NCBI GenBank assembly: GCA_030697645.1
Contig: JAUYPI010000006.1
Span: forward strand, 76,017-140,016
DNA: 64,000 bases
Reading direction: 5' to 3'
Source: a bacterium
GTDB lineage: Bacteria > Patescibacteriota > Minisyncoccia > Phycocordibacterales > VMGT01
Below the pieces are notes generated by a model. That model worked only from the letters and a program-made list of their open reading frames with translations. It was not told the origin of the DNA and searched no databases. Below, piece after piece: positions 26,203-34,358 of the stretch. A program made the position numbers and the translations under genes. The stretch's first letter is position 1, and every line of letters starts with the position of its first letter.

Positions 26203-27930
26203 TCAAAACAGCCTCGCCTGCGGCGTGGTTGTTCTCTTTTGCGGCGGACGGAGGAAGATCCGCTCGCAAAGATTCTCGGGAAGGGACGCAAGAAAACGCG
26301 AGGGGGCGGGGAAGTACGTTTTTCCAAAAAGCGTTCGTTTTGCTGCCTGAGAAAGATACAGTCGCTCTTTCGCGCGTGTCATCGCGACGTAGAGGAGGCG
26401 GCGTTCTTCGGCGATGCGTTCGTCATTGCGCACTTCGTCCGGCCGCAGGTAGGGAAACAGCCCCTCCTCAACTCCAGCGACGAACACGACCGGAAATTCA
26501 AGGCCCTTTGCGGCGTGCGCGCTGAGGAGCATCACGGCCTCGCCCGACACTAGGGTATCTTCTGGCCGTGCGAGCGTCGCGCGCGCAAGGAGCGCGCGGC
26601 GCGCCTCGGCTAGCTCGAGGTGGTCGAACTGCGTTGCGATACCAACAAGTTCGAGAATGCGGTCAGAGAGTGTGTTGCGGCGTGGTGTCACTCTCCGGTC
26701 ATGCTGTTTAGCATTGCTTTGCGTCGCGATGGCATTTACAGCTTGCGAGAGCGTCGAAAACTTTAGGTCGTTTGCTGCGATAGGGATTTCCGCGTTTGCA
26801 TGGTAGTCGGCGTCGTGATCGGGAAGATCGAGCGTCTCGAGCTTTTCGAGCACATTGCGGACCTCGGGCTGCTCGAAAAACCCGACACCGCCGATCGTAC
26901 GGAAGGGAATACCGACGTGGTTAAGCGCGCTCTCAAACTCGCGGGCGAGCGCGTGCAGGCGATAGATCACCGCGAAATCACCGAACGAGAAATTACCTGC
27001 GCCAGCGCGCAAAAGGTCGGCGCCCCCAATCTCCCGCTCAATCGTGCGGACGATCCAGAGCGCCTCGGCTCGGTCGGAGGCTGCATGTATGATGTGCGGC
27101 CGTGTGCTTTTTTGTTCCTGCTGTGCGACATCCGATGTTGCACAAGACCCGATGCACGAGCCGGCCACTGCGAGAATCGAGGGAGTAGAACGGTAATTTC
27201 GGATGAGGCGCAGCACGCGGGCGTCAGGATAGCGCTCGGTGAACGAGGAGAAATGCCGAGGATCCGCGGCGCGAAACGAGTAGATCGACTGGTTTGGATC
27301 GCCGATGACGCAGAGGTTGCGGTGCCCCGCGGCGAGGAGATCGAGAAGCGTGCTCTGGAGCGCGTTTGCGTCTTGGTACTCGTCGGCGAGTATAAAATTG
27401 AAGCGACTGCGGTAGTGCGCGAGCACGTCCTCGTGCGTGCGGAGGAGCTCGAGCGCGCGCGAGAGGAGTGCGTCGAAGTCGAGCGCTGTGTCGTTTGTGC
27501 CCGCCCGCTTTCCGCGCGGTTTCTCACCGACGCGAAAGTTAGGAGGCACGCCAACAAGCTCTCCGTACTCGCGGAGCATCGTATGTGCGAGGGCGTGGAA
27601 GGTGGCGACTACGGGAGAGCGGAAGGTGGCGAGTGCTTGCCCGTCGAAGCCGGAGCTAAGGCGGGGAGAGTGGATTGGCGCTTGATGCGTGAGCGTGGTC
27701 GGTGCAACGGCCGCTCGAATGCGCTCCCGTATCTCGTCCACCGCCTTGTTCGTGAAAGTAATGGCGAGGATCTGCTCCGGCGGCACGCCGCGCTCACATA
27801 TCAAGCGGCTCACGCGCTCGACGAGAACGCGCGTCTTGCCGCTTCCGGGGCCAGCAACAATCACCACCGGACCATCAAGCGCGGATACGGCCGTGTCTTG
27901 ATCCGCGTCAAGTTCATCAGATAACAGCAT
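26203..27930 (-). CDS. ATP-dependent DNA helicase, UvrD/PcrA family
   Basis: Walker A AGPGSGKTRVLVERV. Motif II DEYQDAN. Motif VI-like VAMTRAKERLYLS. 575 aa. Confidence 0.8.
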   Translation of the reverse strand: MLLSDELDADQDTAVSALDGPVVIVAGPGSGKTRVLVERVSRLICERGVPPEQILAITFTNKAVDEIRERIRAAVAPTTLTHQAPIHSPRLSSGFDGQALATFRSPVVATFHALAHTMLREYGELVGVPPNFRVGEKPRGKRAGTNDTALDFDALLSRALELLRTHEDVLAHYRSRFNFILADEYQDANALQSTLLDLLAAGHRNLCVIGDPNQSIYSFRAADPRHFSSFTERYPDARVLRLIRNYRSTPSILAVAGSCIGSCATSDVAQQEQKSTRPHIIHAASDRAEALWIVRTIEREIGGADLLRAGAGNFSFGDFAVIYRLHALAREFESALNHVGIPFRTIGGVGFFEQPEVRNVLEKLETLDLPDHDADYHANAEIPIAANDLKFSTLSQAVNAIATQSNAKQHDRRVTPRRNTLSDRILELVGIATQFDHLELAEARRALLARATLARPEDTLVSGEAVMLLSAHAAKGLEFPVVFVAGVEEGLFPYLRPDEVRNDERIAEERRLLYVAMTRAKERLYLSQAAKRTLFGKTYFPAPSRFLASLPENLCERIFLRPPQKRTTTPQARLF

Positions 27931-27950
27931 ATTTTTGTGTGGACGGGGAC

Positions 27951-27982
27951 AAAAAAATCTGTTCGCCTGAACAGATTTTTTT
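27951..27982. terminator. Bidirectional intrinsic terminator hairpin
   Basis: aaaaaaatctgttc gcct gaacagattttttt: A-tract, stem and T-tract are symmetric. Confidence 0.55.
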
Positions 27983-27984
27983 GA

Positions 27985-28068
27985 GTGGACCCGGCGGGAT
28001 TTGCACCCGCTACTCTACTTACCAAAGGTAGCATTTTACTCCATAAAACTACGGGCCCGGGTCCACCG
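27985..28068 (-). ncRNA. Candidate small structured RNA (cloverleaf-like, tRNA-like element) between two terminators
   Basis: 10-11 bp closing stem gtggacccgg/ccgggtccac. It encloses three hairpins, including a T-arm-like GCGGG-TGCAAAT-CCCGC (minus strand). It does not fold as a canonical tRNA with a 7-nt anticodon loop. Confidence 0.25.
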
Positions 28069-28087
28069 AGTGAAGTATACCGTAAAC

Positions 28088-28116
28088 AAAAAACGCCCAC
28101 AATGTGGGCGTTTTTT
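28088..28116. terminator. Bidirectional intrinsic terminator hairpin
   Basis: aaaaaacgcccac aat gtgggcgtttttt. Confidence 0.55.
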
Positions 28117-28304
28117 GCTGGTAAGTAGATGAAGTCCGTAGTCTTTTACGAAGCTTGCTACCTTGTAGAACATTATAGATGAGTGCTGGTTATAAAGTCA
28201 AGCGGGAATACAGCGTCGCCCAACCATGCAGTGCAGATTGGGCGACTATTGCTATTTTTACGAACGGTCATGGAAACTTTATGACCGTATGACCGATTGG
28301 CCTA

Positions 28305-28829
28305 CTATATTCCGACGATACCCCATATGGTTTCGTGCGTGATCGTTTCGGCTATCTCGACCAAAATCGGCCATCCGACATGCTCGAGGAGAGCATCCTC
28401 TCCGCATAGCGGAAATGCTTTGCCGTATTTGACTATGTTGTGAACATAGAGGGTCCCGGAAGCGTCTATGCCGAGAAGTTGCTTCTCTTGACTGTAGAGA
28501 TCCGGAAATCCAGGGTGAGGGTCAGGCGTCGAGCACGTAAGGGTACGAGAAATCTTTACTTCTTTTCTCCGCCCTCGAAAAGCAGCCGAAAACGCGCGAA
28601 ACTCTTCTGACGCGATAAACTGCTCGTACCAATTCCAAACGATGCCCGCCGCTTCGCGTGCCTTTGGTTCATGCTCCCGCACCCACACCGCCCGAGTTTT
28701 TTGCGCCGCGGTGAATTTTGCTTTCGCCTTGCGTCGCTCGCGTAACCGACTACGCTCCTCTTGTTGTTCGTCGAGAACTCGTTCCTTGATCTGCTCGCGT
28801 AATCTTTGAAGGTGCTGACTTCTATCCAC
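28305..28829 (-). CDS. Hypothetical protein (174 aa)
   Basis: ORF with Lys/Arg-rich N-terminus. No recognisable motif. Confidence 0.4.
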   Translation of the reverse strand: MDRSQHLQRLREQIKERVLDEQQEERSRLRERRKAKAKFTAAQKTRAVWVREHEPKAREAAGIVWNWYEQFIASEEFRAFSAAFRGRRKEVKISRTLTCSTPDPHPGFPDLYSQEKQLLGIDASGTLYVHNIVKYGKAFPLCGEDALLEHVGWPILVEIAETITHETIWGIVGI

Positions 28830-28840
28830 ATCTACTCCCC

Positions 28841-29350
28841 TTAAGCCGGGTTATTGCTACGGCGTCTTTTCCGCGTCACATATGTTGGTTGGCGTTCGTG
28901 AATCCCGCTGCGGCGGTTCATGTCTCGTGCCAGCGCAAACATAAGGCACGCCAACTGGTCCATGTAGAATGCCACGATGGTGGGGTTGTCGAGATAGCCC
29001 ACAGTTTTCCGCTCAACCGCCCGTGCCTGAGTTCGCACGCAATGGAGCACGCATGAGCCCGTCGTGCCTTCGGGAATGAGAAAGTGGTCAAGCGGTTCTA
29101 ACGTAGACTCAATACCATACGTTTCCTTTTGCAAGTCGAACACGCGTTCTTTCTGCAGAGCCGGTGTGCTATTGGGGCACACCACTCCTGCTTGCAAGAC
29201 AAATAGATCATTTTGGATAGCAGTGAAGAGTTTTACATCTTTTCTCCTTTTCATCAACGACTTTGCCAGGCCGACCAACGAATTCAGGTGGTCGAGTTCT
29301 CCCAAAAGCTCGTTCTTTTCTTCGTCCAGATTGAGGTTGGTCACCGGCAC
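28841..29350 (-). CDS. ATP:cob(I)alamin adenosyltransferase, PduO type (Cob_adeno_trans family)
   Basis: DLFVLQAGV...FLIPEGTTGSCVLHCVRTQARAVER matches the PduO-type FILPGG...LH.ART..RRAER signature. Confidence 0.55.
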   Translation of the reverse strand: MPVTNLNLDEEKNELLGELDHLNSLVGLAKSLMKRRKDVKLFTAIQNDLFVLQAGVVCPNSTPALQKERVFDLQKETYGIESTLEPLDHFLIPEGTTGSCVLHCVRTQARAVERKTVGYLDNPTIVAFYMDQLACLMFALARDMNRRSGIHERQPTYVTRKRRRSNNPA

Positions 29351-29358
29351 CCTCCGTA

Positions 29359-29404
29359 ATCACAAACGAAAAACACCCTCCCATGAGGGCGTTTTTCTTT
29401 GTGA
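29359..29404. terminator. Long hairpin, possible bidirectional terminator
   Basis: tcacaaacgaaaaacaccctc ccat gagggcgtttttctttgtga. Confidence 0.35.
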
Positions 29405-29618
29405 TTTGTAATAAAAATCAACAACAGAATAAATATCTGTCCCGTATGGGTTAGGTGAGCACCTTGTCGGATGGCAGGTTGCTGGAGCGTCATCGGGCCT
29501 ATTCCCTCGGCTCACTCTTGATACTTATTCTGTTATAAATGTACCTGATACAAATGTACCAAAACGTATATCGCGCCGGCAATGTTTAGTAGTTTTAGGA
29601 AACAATAAAATCAAACTG

Positions 29619-30227
29619 TCAATGTTGATGGTCCTCGTCTCCACCGCAGCCGTCGGAGAGGTTCCAGAGTTCGGTCAATTGTTCTCCGGTAAACCCGTGA
29701 TTTTGAATGAGGTATTTTCCGAGTCCCCCGTAGACGAACCATCGCCAGCACCTGCAGCAACACGGGCCTTTTTCGTTTGAGTATAGCATGGCGTAGTCGT
29801 ACGCCTGTTGCTCTTCTGCGGTAAGTTCAAGATCGTAGTACGCAATGAGGCGTTCCGCCAATTGTGCATCAATATCATACGGGTCGTCGGGAATTTCTGC
29901 GATGTTTTGCCCGCCTACAGCTTTGAATTTTTTGAGGCCTTCAATTTGCTCGCTGTAGCGGTGGACTTCCATCGGAGTGCAGCACGATCCCCTGATACGC
30001 TCCCCGTCCGGCATATCGGCAATGGAATTTTTGAATTCTCCCGAGCAGGAAGAATTGCCGCCCTCGGAGAGTGCTTCGAACTGCGCCGCGAGCGCCGTGG
30101 GGACAGTGTGATGGTTGTCGTCCTCAGACGCTGGCCGCCTCGCCGACTCACCAAGCACCAGTGCGCCACCGACGAGAAGCGCAGTGATTCCCAGCGCGGA
30201 TGAGATTTGTTTCCTCGAGGGGCTCAT
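29619..30227 (-). CDS. Secreted Cys-rich protein (203 aa; CCC motif GPCCCRCW, CSGE, GSCCTP)
   Basis: Start at MSPSRKQISSALGITALLVGGALVLG (signal peptide), which is internal to the tracked 404-aa ORF. ATGA overlap with the upstream membrane-protein gene. Confidence 0.5.
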   Translation of the reverse strand: MSPSRKQISSALGITALLVGGALVLGESARRPASEDDNHHTVPTALAAQFEALSEGGNSSCSGEFKNSIADMPDGERIRGSCCTPMEVHRYSEQIEGLKKFKAVGGQNIAEIPDDPYDIDAQLAERLIAYYDLELTAEEQQAYDYAMLYSNEKGPCCCRCWRWFVYGGLGKYLIQNHGFTGEQLTELWNLSDGCGGDEDHQH

Positions 30228-30802
30228 GGCGTTTGTGGGGGAGTACAGATCAATGGCGAAGCGATTTTTTTTGCGATGATGACGAGTGAGAAGACGAGGA
30301 GTACCACGCCGAGGATACCGAATTCTCCGCCGTGGAGCGGCAAGATCGCAAGGGCACCAGCGGCGCCGACTGCAGAGAGTACGGTGCTCAAGAGGAAAGA
30401 GCCACAGGCGGCGCAGCCGATGCCGAGCGCGCCGCTTGCGACGCCGAGAGTTCCTGCCGCAATTTCCTGCCCTTGCAGGCGACGGCGGGTGCGCTTGAGA
30501 AAGTAGACAATCATCGTGACGTTCGCACCAAAGAGCATGGCAATTGCGATGGTGTAGCCGGCGGAGAATAGAGTGAAGTTCGTGAAAATACTGCCGAGCA
30601 GACTCAGGGCGATGGTGAGTTTGCGAGAGAGCGGCGCGTGTGAGGAGATGAAGATATCGGCAATCAGACCGATATTCGGGAGCCACACCGCAAGAAGGAA
30701 AGCGAGTATAGTGAGCGCAACCGCTAGCACAGCGTACGAAGCTCTGCCAAACACCTCGCCCGTCGCCCGTCGTAGGTTTCTGAGGTCCCCTACTATTATC
30801 AT
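30224..30802 (-). CDS. Polytopic membrane protein with intramembrane CAAC (CxxC) motif; putative thiol-disulfide redox partner
   Basis: About 5-6 predicted TM helices; GIGCAACGSFLL. Sits between a DsbA-like gene and a secreted Cys-rich protein gene with 4-nt overlaps on both sides. Confidence 0.5.
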   Translation of the reverse strand: MIIVGDLRNLRRATGEVFGRASYAVLAVALTILAFLLAVWLPNIGLIADIFISSHAPLSRKLTIALSLLGSIFTNFTLFSAGYTIAIAMLFGANVTMIVYFLKRTRRRLQGQEIAAGTLGVASGALGIGCAACGSFLLSTVLSAVGAAGALAILPLHGGEFGILGVVLLVFSLVIIAKKIASPLICTPPQTP

Positions 30803-31566
30803 GGCTGTTCTTCTTCTTTGAGCGCAAGATCAATCAGCTGTTTTACTGACGCATACGGCAGCCCGCCCGAGAGCGGATATTTTTTACCGCTCTCCGTTAT
30901 GATGATACTCCAGGGCGTACCGTTGCCTCCTGTTGCGATCGCATCGTCGAGATCGTCTTGGACATGCGCATCATAGTTGCCCGCCGTGAGGCAGAAGTTG
31001 AATTTACTTACGTCGAGTCCGATTTCCGATGCTATTTGCGGCAGGACTTTTTTGATATCTGTTTGGTCGTTCGATGGGGTCAATTCATAGAAGCGGTCAA
31101 GATACGCCCAAAACGCAGTGTTTCCGCCGCTCTCCGCGGCGCACTCGCTCGCGATAGCCTCGGCCCTCGCCTTTGAATGAAGTGTGTCGAGCGGAAAATG
31201 TCGATATATCCACGCAACGGTTCCATCTTTGCCGTATTCGTCCATCACCTGCTTTAGTGTGGGGTGGAATCGCTTGCAGAACGGACATTCCATGTCCGAA
31301 TATTCGACTATTTTTAGCGGCGCGTTCGGATTGCCACGAATGTGATCACGCTCGCTGATAGGCCGCATATTGTCTAGACTCTGCGAGTCTTGCGCTGCTG
31401 CGATTGCTGCGGGCTCTGGCGCCCTCGCGATACTTCCTCCGCGATCAGAGAAATACACCGCGGCCGCAACAAGCGCGCCCGCGAAGATAATCGAGAGCGA
31501 TACTGCAGCGGTGTGCGACGTCGAAGATCCTACGCCAGCCTCTTTTTGTATAGTGTCGTTTTCCAT
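30799..31566 (-). CDS. DsbA-family thiol:disulfide oxidoreductase with N-terminal membrane anchor
   Basis: Thioredoxin-fold active site MECPFCKRFHP. TM helix AAVSLSIIFAGALVAAAVYF. Confidence 0.7.
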   Translation of the reverse strand: MENDTIQKEAGVGSSTSHTAAVSLSIIFAGALVAAAVYFSDRGGSIARAPEPAAIAAAQDSQSLDNMRPISERDHIRGNPNAPLKIVEYSDMECPFCKRFHPTLKQVMDEYGKDGTVAWIYRHFPLDTLHSKARAEAIASECAAESGGNTAFWAYLDRFYELTPSNDQTDIKKVLPQIASEIGLDVSKFNFCLTAGNYDAHVQDDLDDAIATGGNGTPWSIIITESGKKYPLSGGLPYASVKQLIDLALKEEEQP

Positions 31567-31770
31567 CGAGTATAATTATTAGGTTTGCGAATGTTTTTTG
31601 GTATATAATCACGGCGCTCGCGGAAAATGAAAAGGCCTCTTTTCGCTTTCCGCTCGCTTGTGATTATAGCACATATATACCACGGGGGCGTGGAGAGCTG
31701 CAACGGTGCATGTCGATTGAGAGGAGTGCACGTCCGAGTACTAAAACATTCGGGCGTTTTTTGTCAGCCG

Positions 31771-31989
31771 TTACGCCACCTCGAACACCTTATTTTTTGC
31801 CGAAGCCCCTGAGACCAAACGGATGCGTGACGGGCTGACGCCAAAGTACGCGGCGATCGCGTGCGCGACACCCGCGTTTGCCTTGCCGCGGCGTGCTGGC
31901 GCTTGGACGGAAACGACAAAATGCGATTCGTCAATCTTCTCGACCGCCTCTCGTCGCGCGTTCGGCTTCGCTTTGATAAAGACTTTCAT
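31771..31989 (-). CDS. DUF167/YggU-family small protein
   Basis: MKVFIKAKPNARREAVEKIDESHFVVSVQAPARRGKANAGVAHAIAAYFGVSPSRIRLVSGASAKNKVFEV matches the UPF0235 pattern. Confidence 0.55.
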   Translation of the reverse strand: MKVFIKAKPNARREAVEKIDESHFVVSVQAPARRGKANAGVAHAIAAYFGVSPSRIRLVSGASAKNKVFEVA

Positions 31990-32016
31990 GATGAGGCCCC
32001 ATCCATAAATAATTTC

Positions 32017-32222
32017 GGATCACACGCAAAAGCACTGGTAGTCCGTCATTACGAGCGAACGTAGCCGAAGCCGCGATGCGCGGGCGCGGCGGGAAGCAAC
32101 CCAGAGTATAGTCACCGTATGTCAGAGTCGAGAGAATTGTAGGTCATCCCCCTGGATTGCTTCGCTCCGCTCGCAAAGACCTACGCCGCCGGCCTCCTTA
32201 CCGGTGCTTTTGCGTGTGATCC
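32017..32222. mobile_element. MITE-like element: perfect 19-bp terminal inverted repeats, flanked by 8-bp direct repeat ATAATTTC
   Basis: TIR ggatcacacgcaaaagcac (32017-32035) and gtgcttttgcgtgtgatcc (32204-32222). ATAATTTC at 32009-32016 and 32223-32230. The interior holds further imperfect palindromes. No transposase. Confidence 0.55.
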
Positions 32223-32327
32223 ATAATTTCCCCATCTCGCACTCACTGCACGCCCTTATGCGGCTCGTGCTCAATCGCGAAATCCCTTTCGTTCCCGATC
32301 GGGTCTCGGATTCGCTCATTCCGCGTC

Positions 32328-32393
32328 AAGCTGCATCAGGCCATGCTATTCAGCACAATATGAGTGAACTTATGTATGGACGCACGATAACGT
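32328..32393 (+). repeat. Conserved ~65-bp upstream element, copy 1 (5' of rarA)
   Basis: caagctgcatcaggccatgctattcagcacaatatgagtgaacttatgtatggacg is about 75% identical to 52078-52143, upstream of atpG. Confidence 0.5.
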
Positions 32394-32431
32394 GATAACG
32401 CGTGCGGTGCGTTTATGGTACCATCCCCTCC

Positions 32432-33559
32432 ATGGAACCGCTTGCTTCACGGTTGCGGCCACGAACGCTTGAGGGATTTATCGGGCAGGAGCATCTCGTC
32501 GGGGAGGGGATGCCGCTCCGGAGCGCGATCGAGCGTCGGCACCGATTTTCATTCATTCTCTGGGGGCCGCCCGGGGTGGGGAAGACGACGCTGGCGCGCA
32601 TCTACGCGCAAGCGCTTGAAGCGAAGCTCTACGAGCTCTCGGCGGTGTCGGCGGGGAAAGACGACGTGCGTGCGGTGCTTGCGGACGAGAGTGCCGACTC
32701 GCCGAAGGTGCTCTTTCTCGACGAGATTCACCGCTTCAACAAAGCGCAGCAGGACTTTCTCCTGCCCTTTGTCGAGCGCGGTGAGATTACACTCATCGGC
32801 GCGACGACCGAGAACCCGAGTTTTGAAGTGATCGCGCCGCTCTTATCGCGCTGCCGTGTGTTCGTGCTCCGCGAACTCTCGGAGGATGAGATCGGGATGA
32901 TCATTGCAAAGAGCGGCATATCGCTCGATGATGAGGCGCGTACGCGCCTTGCCGCTATCTCAAACGGAGACGCACGTCAGGCGCTCACCATTCTTGAAGT
33001 CGCCTCCGAGCTCTATGGGGCGGTCACGATTGAGACGCTCGAGCGCGCACTCCAGTCACAGCACCTGCGCTACGACCGCGCCGGGGAGGAGCACTACAAT
33101 ACGATCAGCGCGTTCATCAAAAGCATGCGTGCCGGGCAGCCGGACGCAGCGATTTACTACCTCGCGCGGATGGTCGAGGCCGGGGAAGACCCGCTTTTTA
33201 TCGCGCGGCGGATGGTGATATTCGCGAGCGAAGACATCGGTCTCGCGCAGCCGACTGCGCTTGTTGTGGCAAACGCCGTTTTTCGCGCCTGCGAGACCAT
33301 CGGGTACCCCGAGTGCGCGATCAACCTCGCGCACGGGGTCGCGTACCTTGCGCAGAGCCGCAAAGATCGTCGCGCGTATGATGCGCTGCGAGGAGCGCAG
33401 GCGGACGTGAAGCGCCTCGGCAATCTTCCGGTCCCGCTCAAAATTAGAAACGCCCCAACCAAGCTCATGAAAGAGCTCGGCTACGGCAGCGGATATGAGA
33501 AGTATACGAAAGAAGATTTACTCCCCGACGAGATCAAGGGGAAGAAGTATCTCGAGTAA
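32432..33559 (+). CDS. rarA: Recombination factor RarA/MgsA (AAA+ ATPase)
   Basis: [17 protein letters not shown] (Walker A), [16 protein letters not shown]-terminal MgsA domain. Confidence 0.8.
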   Translation: MEPLASRLRPRTLEGFIGQEHLVGEGMPLRSAIERRHRFSFILWGPPGVGKTTLARIYAQALEAKLYELSAVSAGKDDVRAVLADESADSPKVLFLDEIHRFNKAQQDFLLPFVERGEITLIGATTENPSFEVIAPLLSRCRVFVLRELSEDEIGMIIAKSGISLDDEARTRLAAISNGDARQALTILEVASELYGAVTIETLERALQSQHLRYDRAGEEHYNTISAFIKSMRAGQPDAAIYYLARMVEAGEDPLFIARRMVIFASEDIGLAQPTALVVANAVFRACETIGYPECAINLAHGVAYLAQSRKDRRAYDALRGAQADVKRLGNLPVPLKIRNAPTKLMKELGYGSGYEKYTKEDLLPDEIKGKKYLE

Positions 33560-33639
33560 TTGATGCAGTTTTGTACTCCGCCTACAATTTGACAGGCATA
33601 TAAATTTAGCGCTAGTATGAGCACGGAAGTTGGCACCCT

Positions 33640-34266
33640 TTGCGTGTGGACCGGGTAACTCGAAGCAGAAAAATTGGTCAGGCCATTTTTCAGTCCTTGG
33701 ATTATGTCAGCGAGGAAAGGAGTGATCCTGTGAATGACAAACCATTGTTTCTAGATGGACGCACACAGCGACGCGATCTGCCGCCAGATTACGAAGAGTT
33801 AGATCGCATCAACGAGAGGCTGCTGGAGCAAGCACACACGAGGGTCCAGTCGATCGCGAATCGCTTTGCAGAGGCGAGTGGCCTCTCGTCGAGCGATGCC
33901 GAAAAACAGGAGTGGACGGAACGCGTGCTCCGTGTACTCGGTGGCGTAGCGCAGTCGATTCGCGCAACGATGCCGCGTGTGCTGCGAAGACAGGGGAGCG
34001 CACGTTATGTAGTGGAGCAAACGTCGATGGGTGTACAGGGACGGTGGGAAGCTGGAGGTGCTTCCATCAACATGGAATCCCTTATCAGAGAGGAGGCCGA
34101 GTTCGGAGAATTTGATCCCGAGAAATGCGACGTGTTTAGCCGACTCGTATGCAGTGATCTGCTGCAAGGAGGGAATTTCATACCTGGTTTTGAGGTTGAC
34201 GAGAAGGGTCAAACCTATGTACGTCTCGCCTGGCATCGGCAATCTATCCCTTCCGAAATAGCGTGA
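33640..34266 (+). CDS. Hypothetical protein
   Basis: ORF of plausible length. Start uncertain; no recognisable motif. Confidence 0.35.
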   Translation: MRVDRVTRSRKIGQAIFQSLDYVSEERSDPVNDKPLFLDGRTQRRDLPPDYEELDRINERLLEQAHTRVQSIANRFAEASGLSSSDAEKQEWTERVLRVLGGVAQSIRATMPRVLRRQGSARYVVEQTSMGVQGRWEAGGASINMESLIREEAEFGEFDPEKCDVFSRLVCSDLLQGGNFIPGFEVDEKGQTYVRLAWHRQSIPSEIA

Positions 34267-34358
34267 AATGGGGTCAGCCCTTTTTTTTATCAACCCGACA
34301 CTCTTCTAAGAGTGCCGGGTTGATCTTTGACCTCGACGGAGCGCAGGTACCGTTTTGC

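Noticed and set aside
27985-28068. Canonical tRNA gene
   Set aside because: It has a T-arm-like hairpin and acceptor-like closing stem, but I could not place a D-arm or a 5-bp/7-nt anticodon stem-loop. I kept it only as a low-confidence structured-RNA candidate.
29619-30833. Single 404-aa ORF on the minus strand
   Set aside because: The N-terminal 200 codons are an Arg/His-rich alternative frame of the membrane-protein gene 30224-30802. The plausible gene starts at the internal ATG (30227) with a clear signal peptide, so I split it into two genes.
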